Positions 1-8,624 of a stretch of 64,000 nucleotides of DNA are shown piece by piece. Made by a program: the position numbers and the translations under genes. The notes beneath the pieces are model-generated. The model saw only the letters and a program-made list of their open reading frames with translations. It was not told the origin of the DNA and ran no database searches. Position 1 is the first letter of the stretch. The number at the start of each line of letters is the position of its first letter. Origin of the DNA: an uncultured Syntrophomonadaceae bacterium (GTDB taxonomy: Bacteria > Bacillota > Dethiobacteria > DTU022); contig CAYMIW010000013.1 in the NCBI GenBank assembly GCA_964390725.1, positions 9,086 to 73,085 of the forward strand, in the 5' to 3' direction.

Positions 1-1139
1 GAACCATAGAATTCAATCATTATTTCGTTACATTCTTTATCAACATCCAAGTCCTTAAAATAGTCAGGATACATTATTTTAGCCATGTAAAGAGTTGACG
101 TAACTCCGGTGGTTGTATCATACCCACTCGCTGTTACTTTAACAGGATGCACATCTTCATTTTCTACCGCTGTAACTTCCCGTAGAATTGGGTCTCGAAG
201 AATGCTTCTTTTTGTATAATGCCCCGCGGCTTCATATTCATCGTCACCAGCATCGCCTTTGTATTCATTCATACTATTCAAAAAAATCACATCTGGATTC
301 CAAACGGCAATCTGCTCCAAGGAAATCTCATATGCATCAAAAGGTCCATAATCCATATTGTCAGCAACATTAATACCACCAGCTAAATTTATAGGTCCAT
401 AATTAACAAGCGTTCTTGAATTGCCTACCTGTGCAAAAACCCACAGAAAAGCTGTCTTCCTTTCCTCTTCGGGAATATTTTCGACAACGTCAGTCACCAT
501 CTGAATTTTTGACTCAGAATATTCAATCAATCTTTCAGCTCGCTCTTCTTTACCGACAATCTGTCCAACAATTCTTAGTATCTGGTAGTCCATTGCGCCT
601 AAATCTCCTATACATACTACCGGAATACTAGTTTGCTCTTGAATCGTGTCTGCCATGTCCGGAATCATCCATGATGCAAAAATCACATCCGGTTCATAAG
701 CCATGATTACTTGTACATTAGGCTCAGAACCTGTACCTGCATCAGGAATGTCATCAAGTAAATTTGGAAAAATCACTGACTCTGATACAAAAAAAGATGA
801 TTCTCCGCTTAGCATAGTTTTTATATTACCAGGTGCGGCCACCAATTTGTCTGTTGCACCCAACTGATACAATACTCTAATAGCTTCAAGCCCCGAAATA
901 TCGACTACTCTTTCAACATTTTTCTTAACTTCGACTTCTCTTCCGACTATGTCCGTTATTGTAATATAGTCTGCTTCATCGTCTTCCCCGGCGTTGCCAT
1001 CATCGGTAACTGTTACATCCTCGCTTACCGCATCGGAAGACTCATCAGACGGCCCTGCATTCTGAGCACATCCGAACACGCCTACGCAAAGTGACACGAA
1101 CAATAAAATAACTATGGTGTTTTTTAGAAATTTGTTCAT
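1..1139 (-). CDS. Partial (N-terminal about 380 aa) periplasmic-binding lipoprotein of the iron-siderophore/cobalamin (BtuF/FecB, TroA-like) ABC family. The C-terminus runs off the window start.
   Basis: Reverse-strand translation from the ATG at about 1139 gives MNKFLKNTIVILLFVSLCVGVFGCAQN..., a lipobox signal peptide. A long ORF of binding-protein character follows, resembling the 6497..7606 protein. An AGGAGG sits 6 nt upstream. The six-frame track omits it because no stop lies in the window. Confidence 0.65.
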   Translation of the reverse strand, partial: MNKFLKNTIVILLFVSLCVGVFGCAQNAGPSDESSDAVSEDVTVTDDGNAGEDDEADYITITDIVGREVEVKKNVERVVDISGLEAIRVLYQLGATDKLVAAPGNIKTMLSGESSFFVSESVIFPNLLDDIPDAGTGSEPNVQVIMAYEPDVIFASWMIPDMADTIQEQTSIPVVCIGDLGAMDYQILRIVGQIVGKEERAERLIEYSESKIQMVTDVVENIPEEERKTAFLWVFAQVGNSRTLVNYGPINLAGGINVADNMDYGPFDAYEISLEQIAVWNPDVIFLNSMNEYKGDAGDDEYEAAGHYTKRSILRDPILREVTAVENEDVHPVKVTASGYDTTTGVTSTLYMAKIMYPDYFKDLDVDKECNEIMIEFYG

Positions 1140-1279
1140 AACCATCCTCCTCTTATTTCTGTTTAATCTAAAAACACAATAAAAAACCTTCTCCAAAAGA
1201 GAAGGCAAAGTGCAAAAACTTAAAAATGTTAGTTAATAAATGCTAACACCCCCCTCTCATCTTCGTGAGAGAATCGTTG

Positions 1280-1430
1280 GAATTATTTGCGGCAGGTCTC
1301 CTGGCTTCGTTTCATCTTGATATTGCGCCTTCCCATTTTATCAACAGTGGCATTAGCAATTCAATCAACTACACAGTGGCGGGACCGCAACGGAATTTAA
1401 CCGTTTTCCCTATTAAGCACAATTAAGTAC
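1280..1430 (-). ncRNA. Cobalamin (AdoCbl) riboswitch upstream of the minus-strand binding-protein gene.
   Basis: The reverse complement reads ...AGGGAAAACGGTTAAATTCCGTTGCGGTCCCGCCACTGTG...GCCACTG...GGGAAGGCG...AGGAGACCTGCC. This is the B12-box core and the GCCACTG / GGGAAGGC 3-prime elements typical of the cobalamin riboswitch class. Confidence 0.7.
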
Positions 1431-1589
1431 ACCGCAATAATTATACTATTCAGTTTTCAACTCTTAACGCTCGTCAATAAAAAAAAACAGTTTTTTTACA
1501 TGGTTTTACAATAACTTTACTAAAATTTAAATAACCAGATTCAAAATAGCATAGCATTTTTGATTTGTCAATATACGTGTACCGAGACA

Positions 1590-1616
1590 TGTGTTTGCTC
1601 AGTGATATTGTCACCC
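1590..1616. repeat. Left copy of a perfect 27-bp inverted repeat (TGTGTTTGCTCAGTGATATTGTCACCC). A degenerate second copy (GCTCAGGGATAATGTCAC) lies at 1624-1641.
   Basis: The string is identical to the reverse complement of 5693-5719. It lies about 63 bp upstream of the transposase-like ORF start at 1679. Confidence 0.8.
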
Positions 1617-1678
1617 TAAGAATGCTCAGGGATAATGTCACTATGAGAGAGGAAAACTATCACTTGACCCAAAAATAG

Positions 1679-2040
1679 ATGATTAAGTTACAGGTAGTTG
1701 AAAAAGCATTAGAGGGTATGCTGACAGTTAAGGAAGCAGCGGCAGCGTTAGGGCTAAGCGAGAGGCAGGTGAAACGGCTAAAGGAAGGAGTAGCGGCTGA
1801 AGGACCTTCATTTATCATTCATAAAAACAGGAGTCGTACACCAACCAATGCAATTGCAGTTGAGACGAAGAAGGCAATAATCGATTTAAAGGAGTGGAGT
1901 TGCCCCGGTTTAATGAGCGTTTTGCGGTGGAACCGGTTTGTCCTGATTCTGTTTTTGCTGCTTTGGATCAAAGAATTAATCTTGATCACATTCTCTGCGT
2001 CAAAGAAGAGCGTAAGCTTGACGGTAATCATACTTTCTCT
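1679..2040 (+). mobile_element. Remnant of an IS transposase (HTH N-terminus, ISNCY/IS1202-like or IS481-like). It is frameshifted and truncated, so it is a pseudogene.
   Basis: MIKLQVVEKALEGMLTVKEAAAALGLSERQVKRLKEG...IIHKNRSRTPTNAIAVETKKAIIDLKE is a typical transposase HTH N-terminus. After about 75 aa the reading frame degenerates. A short transposase-like continuation (LPRFNERFAVEPVCPDSVFAAL) sits in the +1 frame, and no DDE domain follows. Confidence 0.5.
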
Positions 2041-2412
2041 TTATAAAGGGCGTTCTTACCAGATAAACTACCAGGGCTCCTCGGCACCGCCCAGGGCTAA
2101 TATTACTGTCCTCTACAGCCCTAAGTTCGGGGTGATGGCTGCTTACCAAGGCCAGGTTTATCCAACGCTGTCTGTGTTAACTCCTATCGTGAAACAAACT
2201 ATATCTAAAAATATTTCTCCTAAGATAACAGTAGAGACTAAACCGAATGATTCTCATCCATGGAAAGACTTTAATCGTGTTATCTTTATGAACAGTCTGA
2301 TCGTGAAATCTTAGAGGCTCTCTATAATTCAACTCTTGCATGGCGCTAACGTTCACCACTTAAAGGGGGGTGACATTTTCCCTGAGCATTGACAATTAAA
2401 TATTTTAGGGTC

Positions 2413-2447
2413 TTGACTGAATTATTGCTGATTATATATAATATAAT
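2413..2447 (+). promoter_or_regulatory. Sigma-A-type promoter for the Mn riboswitch and mntP.
   Basis: TTGACT, then an 18-nt spacer, then TATAAT (cttgactgaattattgctgattatatataat). It lies just upstream of the riboswitch. Confidence 0.4.
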
Positions 2448-2449
2448 AA

Positions 2450-2608
2450 TTCATGGGGGAGTAGTTGGCGTAATTTGCGCTGCAAGTCAACATACCGACT
2501 GAAACGGTCTGGCTTGCATTAAATAACGAGACTCATGTACGGCGTATGCTGTACCTGAGTCTTCCATAAAGACTTACAATTAGGTGCCATACGGCACCTA
2601 ATTTATTT
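2450..2608 (+). ncRNA. yybP-ykoY (Mn2+) riboswitch with a terminator-type expression platform.
   Basis: It carries the GGGGGAGTAG and GTCAACATAC motifs that I recall as the yybP-ykoY signature. A terminator hairpin (AGGTGCCATACGGCACCT plus a T-tract) at 2582-2606 sits immediately before the mntP RBS. Confidence 0.7.
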
Positions 2609-2620
2609 GAGGAGGAATTT

Positions 2621-3181
2621 ATGGGATTATTAGAGCTGTTTTTTGTAGCAATTGGTCTGTCAATGGATGCCTTCGCTGTAGCTATATGCAAAGGACTGAA
2701 CATGAGTAGGCAAAACTGGTTGCATAAATTTATCGTTGCCCTGTTTTTTGGTGTGTTTCAGGCTGTGATGCCTTTAATCGGATGGTTGCTGGGGAAACAG
2801 TTTGAGTCGTATATCAGCCGTTTTGATCACTGGATCGCTTTTGGACTGCTGATATTAATCGGCAGTAAGATGATCTTTGAAGTATTCAAAAAAGATGACT
2901 GTACTAGCGAGAGCAAAAACGATTTGAAAATAAAAGAGCTGACTCTGCTAGCTGTGGCAACCAGCATTGACGCTCTTGCAGTAGGTGTTTCTTTTGCCTT
3001 TTTAAGAGTTGCAATCGTTCCCGCAGTTTCACTGATTGGAGTAATTACATTTGTGCTCTCATTAATCGCCGTTAGTGCAGGGAATCGGCTTGGTGAAAAG
3101 TTTAAAGATAAGGCCGAGCTTGCAGGCGGGACAGTACTAATTCTTATTGGTACAAAAATTCTTCTCGATCATCTGCTCTAA
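2621..3181 (+). CDS. mntP: Manganese efflux pump MntP.
   Basis: The 186-aa product MGLLELFFVAIGLSMDAFAVAICKGL... shows the two-repeat MntP/YebN architecture (SxDAxAV motifs in both halves). A Mn riboswitch sits upstream. Confidence 0.85.
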   Translation: MGLLELFFVAIGLSMDAFAVAICKGLNMSRQNWLHKFIVALFFGVFQAVMPLIGWLLGKQFESYISRFDHWIAFGLLILIGSKMIFEVFKKDDCTSESKNDLKIKELTLLAVATSIDALAVGVSFAFLRVAIVPAVSLIGVITFVLSLIAVSAGNRLGEKFKDKAELAGGTVLILIGTKILLDHLL

Positions 3182-3457
3182 TATATCGATTAAATACAAT
3201 GCCTAATTGCCACTACAAGACTCTAACATAACAGCAGTTGGAGGGTAATTCACTTATTTAGAGAATTATGATGGTAAAGTGAAAGTCATATCTTAAGCGT
3301 TCTTACTTTAAGGGAATTCAGGCCATCTCTCTTTTTTGAGCATGAAAAGAGAGGCAGATTTCTATGTGTTATAGTTCTTGCCATAATATGAGCCTTAGGC
3401 AGTTTTACCCCTTAGCAAAATGAGAACCGCAAAGAATATGCCTAGTGAGGAGGGAAT

Positions 3458-3676
3458 ATGGTAAAGCGTTCATTGAAAGCTGCGATTGGTGTCAGCGTAG
3501 GTATCACAATAGGTGGAATTATTATTCCAAGAGTATTTATGTTTCCCCATCTGTATAATGATACATATCCGCCAATATTAGTTCATAGTATAATGTACTT
3601 TGTTGTTTCATATGTTGCTTGTTTTCTGTTTTTTTTGCTCTTTGAGTGGATCAAATTTAAGCTTAAACGCAACTGA
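3458..3676 (+). CDS. Small hypothetical membrane protein (72 aa, two predicted TM segments).
   Basis: An ORF with a hydrophobic profile and a GGAGGG RBS. No homology was recognised. Confidence 0.3.
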   Translation: MVKRSLKAAIGVSVGITIGGIIIPRVFMFPHLYNDTYPPILVHSIMYFVVSYVACFLFFLLFEWIKFKLKRN

Positions 3677-3774
3677 CTAATCTCTGTATTAGATAAGTTA
3701 TTCGCAGTAAATCTTAATAGCTTCAAGCAAAAATTCAGTGCATCCCTCAGCGATGGCATCGTAGTACATCAGGT

Positions 3775-3987
3775 GAGGTAAAGCAGCTTTCTTACACATA
3801 CTCTAAAGGTACGTCACCTGCAGTTAAGGATTTAAGTTTTTCTGTAAAACATGGTGAGGTTTTTGGTTTTCTTGGGTCCAGCGGGTCGGGAAAATCCACC
3901 ACGCAAAAAATCCTGATTGGGCTACATAGCAAAGATGCTACCTTAGAAGATGTCTTTATTAAGGTGACAGGGAGGAATCTGGCTTGA
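3775..3987 (+). pseudogene. ABC-transporter ATPase remnant. The Walker-A N-terminus is fused to the extreme C-terminus by an internal deletion.
   Basis: The in-frame translation reads ...YSKGTSPAVKDLSFSVKHGEVFGFLGSSGSGKSTTQKILIGL, then HSKDATLEDVFIKVTGRNLA and a stop. The Walker A box and C-terminal tail are present. The ABC signature and Walker B are missing. Confidence 0.5.
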
Positions 3988-4538
3988 AACAGCTTCTCTC
4001 TACTATATACTGTGACTTTTTAATCCAGCTCAGAAACGGGTTTTATACCGCAACTTTTTTTGTGTTATTATTTGTTGTGCTTGGTTTAAGCCGTTTGCCC
4101 AGGGTTGATTGGGGATGGCTTTTACCGCTGGTAATCCTTTTATATATGAACATGACAGCCTACTACTTTATTGCAGCACAGGTTCTGCTGGAAAAAGACG
4201 AAGGTGTTTCAGTAATACGTGCAGTTATGCCCTTTTCTCCCCTGCATTATCTCTGCTCTAAAATAGTAACACTTGGTTTTTTGGCAGTTGTAGAGAGCAC
4301 TGTGCTGGCAATTGCGGTTTACGGTTTTGACTATAATTGGCTCCCTTTTATCAGCGGCATTTTGCTAGCTTCTGCTTTTTATGCGCTTGTGGGGTTTATC
4401 AGTGTCACTCGTTATAATTCTTTGGAAGAATACCTGCTGCCTTCTGTGCTGTACGGTGCCCTTGCTTCTTTGCCACTAATTACAGGCTTAGCACAAATAA
4501 ATTCCATGATCTGTTTTTCTGCATCAGACATGCGTTGA
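3984..4538 (+). CDS. ABC-2 type permease-like membrane protein, probably a truncated partner of the degraded ATPase.
   Basis: 184 aa with several TM helices. It overlaps the ATPase remnant stop in the ATGA fashion typical of ABC-2 exporter pairs. Confidence 0.4.
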   Translation: MKQLLSTIYCDFLIQLRNGFYTATFFVLLFVVLGLSRLPRVDWGWLLPLVILLYMNMTAYYFIAAQVLLEKDEGVSVIRAVMPFSPLHYLCSKIVTLGFLAVVESTVLAIAVYGFDYNWLPFISGILLASAFYALVGFISVTRYNSLEEYLLPSVLYGALASLPLITGLAQINSMICFSASDMR

Positions 4539-4763
4539 AACTTTACCATTAATGCATTTTCACCCCTATTATTTATAGAATTAATAATAGTATCAGTAAT
4601 TTATTTGCTGTTATAAAAAAGCAATAATTTTAATTCTACTCTTTGTAGTTATGTTATAATTTTACATGTTTTTTTGATGAATGAGTCAATATCCATATTT
4701 AAGCAAGCACTATATTAATACTACTAAGTATTGGTGGCTGTAATTCAAACTGCCTCCAACACA

Positions 4764-5468
4764 CTATTCATCAAACTGAACAGTGAAATATCTCCTGGTA
4801 TTCTCTTCATGAAATTCAATTTTAACATTTCTGGTTACGCCTTTTACATAATTATCACTAACTATTAAGCCATTATCAAGAACTTGAATTTTATCTGAGT
4901 CCAGCTGAGGATAATAATCACTCAATCCTTTGTAGAATGCTAAAAAATCATCTCTGTTATAATCGGTAGCGTATTTTAAGTCAGACTGAAGGGTATCTTG
5001 ATAATAAGTAATCAGTCTATCATCTTTTACTAAATGAAACGGAATAATAAACTCAGTATCTAAATATTGAACCAAAGGACTGAAGAAGACATACGCATTC
5101 GGATATCCCTCAGACGTATTACGACTTGTAGTTACGGTTAAGACGACAACAGCATTTTCCCCGCCTGCATTTTCAATTTCAATTAATAACTTGCCCTTTT
5201 GGAACTCTGTTACAGTATAGTTAACTTCTTCAGAGGACAACTTGCGAACTTTTTCAGCCATTTCCGCAATAGAATATTTGCAGACAATTTTTGTTGATAG
5301 TGTCCCGTCCCTACTTCCATATTTAAATTCAAGGGGTATTTCTATTAGCTTATTTGAGAAAAAATCTTCTGTCCTTAATACGTCAATTTTCTTCCACCCT
5401 CCTGCTGCACAAGCAGTAAATAGCAGTATTGACATTATTAAAAAACATATCAGCAGCTTTATTCTCAC
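4764..5468 (-). CDS. Hypothetical lipoprotein.
   Basis: With a GTG start, the product is MRIKLLICFLIMSILLFTACAAGG..., a lipobox signal followed by about 210 aa of soluble domain. No family was recognised. Confidence 0.5.
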   Translation of the reverse strand: MRIKLLICFLIMSILLFTACAAGGWKKIDVLRTEDFFSNKLIEIPLEFKYGSRDGTLSTKIVCKYSIAEMAEKVRKLSSEEVNYTVTEFQKGKLLIEIENAGGENAVVVLTVTTSRNTSEGYPNAYVFFSPLVQYLDTEFIIPFHLVKDDRLITYYQDTLQSDLKYATDYNRDDFLAFYKGLSDYYPQLDSDKIQVLDNGLIVSDNYVKGVTRNVKIEFHEENTRRYFTVQFDE

Positions 5469-5692
5469 AAAATCACACATCCTTAGTTATTGTTAAAGAA
5501 ACTGGGCAGAATATGCAGCATTTATGCCCAGCTCTTCAATCCATCATGGACGAAAGAAAGTATAGCCTGTCATGACCCCACTATAGACAACGTGAGCTTG
5601 ATTGCTCCATCCATAGTGACAAATTATTTCTGTATTGTTACTGTTAACACCATAACCGACAACAGCGTGCCAGCCTGGATTATTACCGTGTA

Positions 5693-5719
5693 CGGGTGAC
5701 AATATCACTGAGCAAACAC
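5693..5719. repeat. Right copy of the 27-bp perfect inverted repeat (reverse complement of 1590-1616).
   Basis: GGGTGACAATATCACTGAGCAAACACA is the exact reverse complement of TGTGTTTGCTCAGTGATATTGTCACCC. Confidence 0.8.
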
Positions 5720-5789
5720 AAACAAGCCAACCTACTATTGACATATTTTTATGCATCATGCTATATTTGAGAAAATCATATATAGTGAA

Positions 5790-5945
5790 CGTAAGGTGCC
5801 CATGTATTGGGTGAAAAGGGAAGTCCGGTGAAAATCCGGCGTGGACCCACCACTGTAATAGGATACAAATCCCCAAGGTGCCACTGGAATTTATTTCTGG
5901 GAAGGCGGGGAGGAGGATAAGCCTAAAACCAGGAGACCTGCCTTA
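5790..5945 (+). ncRNA. Cobalamin riboswitch.
   Basis: GGTGCC...AAAAGGGAAGTCCGGTGAAAATCCGGCGTGGACCCACCACTGTAA...GCCACTGG...GGGAAGGCGGGG...AGGAGACCTGCC shows the B12 box and the conserved 3-prime elements. It lies upstream of the corrinoid-type ABC importer. Confidence 0.75.
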
Positions 5946-6064
5946 ATGTTGTAATGATAGATGAGGGGTTATCAGATATCATTGTGAAGTGGCTTAAGAT
6001 GGGAAAGTCTCTTAGTAAAATACTAAGAGACTTTTTTAGTTACTGCTAAAAGGAAAAAGTAAAT

Positions 6065-6252
6065 ATGCGGAAGAGGTATGCCATGAAGAGAATCGCATTT
6101 TATGGAAAAGGTGGAATTGGAAAGTCTACAGTAGTTTCTAATATGGCAATAGCTTTAGCATAATCTGGGCAAAAAGTAATGTTACTTGGATATGATCCAA
6201 AATCTGACTCTATTATAAACATTATAAATGCAAAAGAATCCCGACAGTTTTA
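6065..6252 (+). pseudogene. NifH/BchL-family (nitrogenase Fe-protein-like ATPase) N-terminal fragment, interrupted by an in-frame stop and truncated.
   Basis: MRKRYAMKRIAFYGKGGIGKSTVVSNMAIALA, then a TAA at 6161, then SGQKVMLLGYDPKSDS... This reproduces the NifH P-loop and switch-I N-terminus. Only about 60 codons are present. Confidence 0.55.
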
Positions 6253-6496
6253 GAACAAATGAAAAAGAATATTGAGGGTTTTTGTAATGAAATGCAAAAA
6301 GATAGTTCTGCCATTTTAATTCCGCTCTTTGGGGATAAACTGTCTGGTGATTTCCAATATGGAATACAACGCGCACAGAATTGTGTTGCTCAATATAAAA
6401 TAATTGACAGAAGGGATATGGAGAAAATAACAATCGATATAAATGATTATGTGCTTCTTTATACCCAGTCAAAATAAAAATCCAGGAGGGAATAAA

Positions 6497-7606
6497 ATGA
6501 AGTTAAAATATTTATTAGGGATAATGTTACTTGTAATATTTTGTATAATAACCCTACCAGCATGCAATACACCTAGTGAAAAAAGTAACTCGATCATAGA
6601 TGATGATCAAAGCGAAGTATCTCAAACAAGGATTATAAAAGATTTAAGTGGCAACGATATTGCAGTCCCTTATGCTAAAGATATAGAAAAGGTGATTATT
6701 GTTGCACCGCCATATCTTTCTTTCTTCCTATCTGTAGTTCAACAACCAGAGATGGTTGTTGGTGCACATCCTGGAGCTTTTAATATGGCTAACCCAGAAT
6801 TATTAAAAATAATGATGCCAAATCAGGGAAGTGTTAATACACAATTTCTTGATGGCTTTAAATCAAATACTGAAGAAGTATTATTAATGGATCCGGATAT
6901 TATCTTTATCTATGGAGAATTTCAAAGAGAAGGGTTAGAGAAAGTAGATATCCCAATTGTAAACCTGCAAGAATCTACAGGAGCTAATGTAGAGAGTTCT
7001 TCATTAGGAATTGTAAATCTTATGAGAGACATTTTTGAGATAAAGGGTGACAATTTATTTCAAAAAGAATGGGAACAATCTAACAAACTGGCTAAAGAAG
7101 TCTTTGAAAAGAATAAAAAAAATGAGCAACAAAGAGGATTAGTTGTTTTTTCAAATACTAGTGGGACCATAACTGTTCGAGGCGTTGGGTCTTTTGGCGA
7201 TGATTGGTTAAAAACATCAGGATTAATAAATGTTGTAGAAATGCAAGGAGACAATTTAGAAGTGTCCATGGAAGATATATATAATTGGGATCCAGATATT
7301 ATTTATACTATGGGCCCAGTGGGAGCTGAAACTATGATAGCCAACCAAGCTGAAGGACAGGACTGGTCATATGTTAATGCATTTAAGTCGGAGAGGATAT
7401 ATGATATTCCGGAAAGCTTAACAAAGTGGCATGCGGGTTCTCCAGATGCTCCATTAACACTGCTTTGGATGTTAAGTAAGAATTTCCCTGATGACTTTTC
7501 AGAGGAAGAATATAATGAGAAAATGAAACAATACTATAAGAATAATTATAGCATTGAACTTACTGATTCCTTATTAGAATCTATTTTGTATCCGATAAGG
7601 AATTAA
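6497..7606 (+). CDS. Periplasmic-binding lipoprotein of an ABC importer (BtuF/FecB-like, corrinoid or siderophore binding).
   Basis: MKLKYLLGIMLLVIFCIITLPACNT... is a lipobox signal and an AGGAGGG RBS precedes it. It is the first gene after the cobalamin riboswitch and is followed by FecCD permease and ATPase genes. Confidence 0.8.
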   Translation: MKLKYLLGIMLLVIFCIITLPACNTPSEKSNSIIDDDQSEVSQTRIIKDLSGNDIAVPYAKDIEKVIIVAPPYLSFFLSVVQQPEMVVGAHPGAFNMANPELLKIMMPNQGSVNTQFLDGFKSNTEEVLLMDPDIIFIYGEFQREGLEKVDIPIVNLQESTGANVESSSLGIVNLMRDIFEIKGDNLFQKEWEQSNKLAKEVFEKNKKNEQQRGLVVFSNTSGTITVRGVGSFGDDWLKTSGLINVVEMQGDNLEVSMEDIYNWDPDIIYTMGPVGAETMIANQAEGQDWSYVNAFKSERIYDIPESLTKWHAGSPDAPLTLLWMLSKNFPDDFSEEEYNEKMKQYYKNNYSIELTDSLLESILYPIRN

Positions 7607-7607
7607 A

Positions 7608-8624
7608 ATGGCTGAAAGGAAAATAGACAAATTTATTTTGTTTATGATATTTTCTCTATCTATAATACTGTGTTTGATATTTTTATCACTCTTCGTTGGG
7701 CGATTTTATGTATCGCCCAACGAAGTTATATCAGTATTAACATCTAAGTTGTTGAGCAGCTCAGTTGAAGAGATTAGCACAACTGTAGTTTGGGAAATTC
7801 GGTTTCCTCGATTACTATTAGCAATATTAGTGGGTGCTGGATTAGCTGCTTCTGGAGCGGCGTTTCAGGGGTGTTTTTATAATCCATTAGTTAGTCCAGA
7901 TATCCTTGGGGTTAGCTCAGGTGCGGGATTTGGTGCAAGCCTGGGAATATTATTAACAGGGGTATCTACAGGAGTCACAAGTATATTGGCCTTTGCATTT
8001 GGTTTAGTTAGCGTTTTACTTAGTTGGATATTGTCTAAGATGCGTAAAGGGGCTGAAATGCTATCTTTGGTTCTGTCTGGAATTATTGTTTCAGCAGTTT
8101 TTAATGCGCTAATATCTCTGGTGAAGTTAGTAGCTGATACAGATTCTTTGTTACCGGCTATTACTTTCTGGTTAATGGGTAGTTTTTCAGGTGCTACAAT
8201 AGAGACTATTAAATATGTAGCAATCCCAATAATTTTAGGTATTATTGCCTTGCTATTTTTGCGATGGAGAATAAATTTATTAACTCTTGGGGATGAAGAA
8301 GCTAAGTCTTTAGGGACAAACCCTGGGAGAATTCGGCTAGCTGTAATTATTTCTGCTACAGTCATTACTGCAACTTCAGTTATGGCTGCAGGGGTTATTG
8401 GGTGGGTTGGATTAATTGTACCAAACTTGTGCCGCATGATCGTAGGTGATGATTATAGAAGGTTATTACCAGCATCTTGTGTTGTCGGTGCGATTTTTAT
8501 GTTAATAGTAGACTTAGTTGCAAGATCATTAACGGCTGCAGAAATACCAATTGGCATTCTTACTGCTCTTATCGGTGCACCATTTTTTGCGCTAGTTTAT
8601 ATAAGAGGAGGGAAAGCTAGATGA
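7608..8624 (+). CDS. FecCD/BtuC-family ABC permease.
   Basis: 338 aa and polytopic. It has the conserved FecCD motifs (RxPRxLxA near the N-terminus and a glycine-rich C-terminal region). Confidence 0.85.
   Translation: MAERKIDKFILFMIFSLSIILCLIFLSLFVGRFYVSPNEVISVLTSKLLSSSVEEISTTVVWEIRFPRLLLAILVGAGLAASGAAFQGCFYNPLVSPDILGVSSGAGFGASLGILLTGVSTGVTSILAFAFGLVSVLLSWILSKMRKGAEMLSLVLSGIIVSAVFNALISLVKLVADTDSLLPAITFWLMGSFSGATIETIKYVAIPIILGIIALLFLRWRINLLTLGDEEAKSLGTNPGRIRLAVIISATVITATSVMAAGVIGWVGLIVPNLCRMIVGDDYRRLLPASCVVGAIFMLIVDLVARSLTAAEIPIGILTALIGAPFFALVYIRGGKAR

Noticed and set aside
1679-2314. The 211-aa ORF in the six-frame track, read as a full-length protein.
   Set aside because: Only the first 75 residues look like a transposase HTH. 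The rest is low-complexity read-through with a better continuation in another frame, so I call it a decayed remnant rather than a gene.
5544-5876. Minus-strand ORF whose shorter form encodes a 70-aa peptide. It has a signal-peptide-like N-terminus (MMHKNMSIVGWLVCVCSVILSPVHG...) and a Tyr/Gly/Trp-rich tail, so it could be a small secreted peptide or bacteriocin.
   Set aside because: The hydrophobic signal region is encoded exactly by the right-hand 27-bp inverted repeat. The ORF's 5-prime extension overlaps the cobalamin riboswitch on the other strand. No RBS is evident. It is more likely a chance ORF created by the repeat.
7877-8437. A 186-aa minus-strand ORF.
   Set aside because: It is antisense within the FecCD permease gene and has no homology. 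It is spurious.
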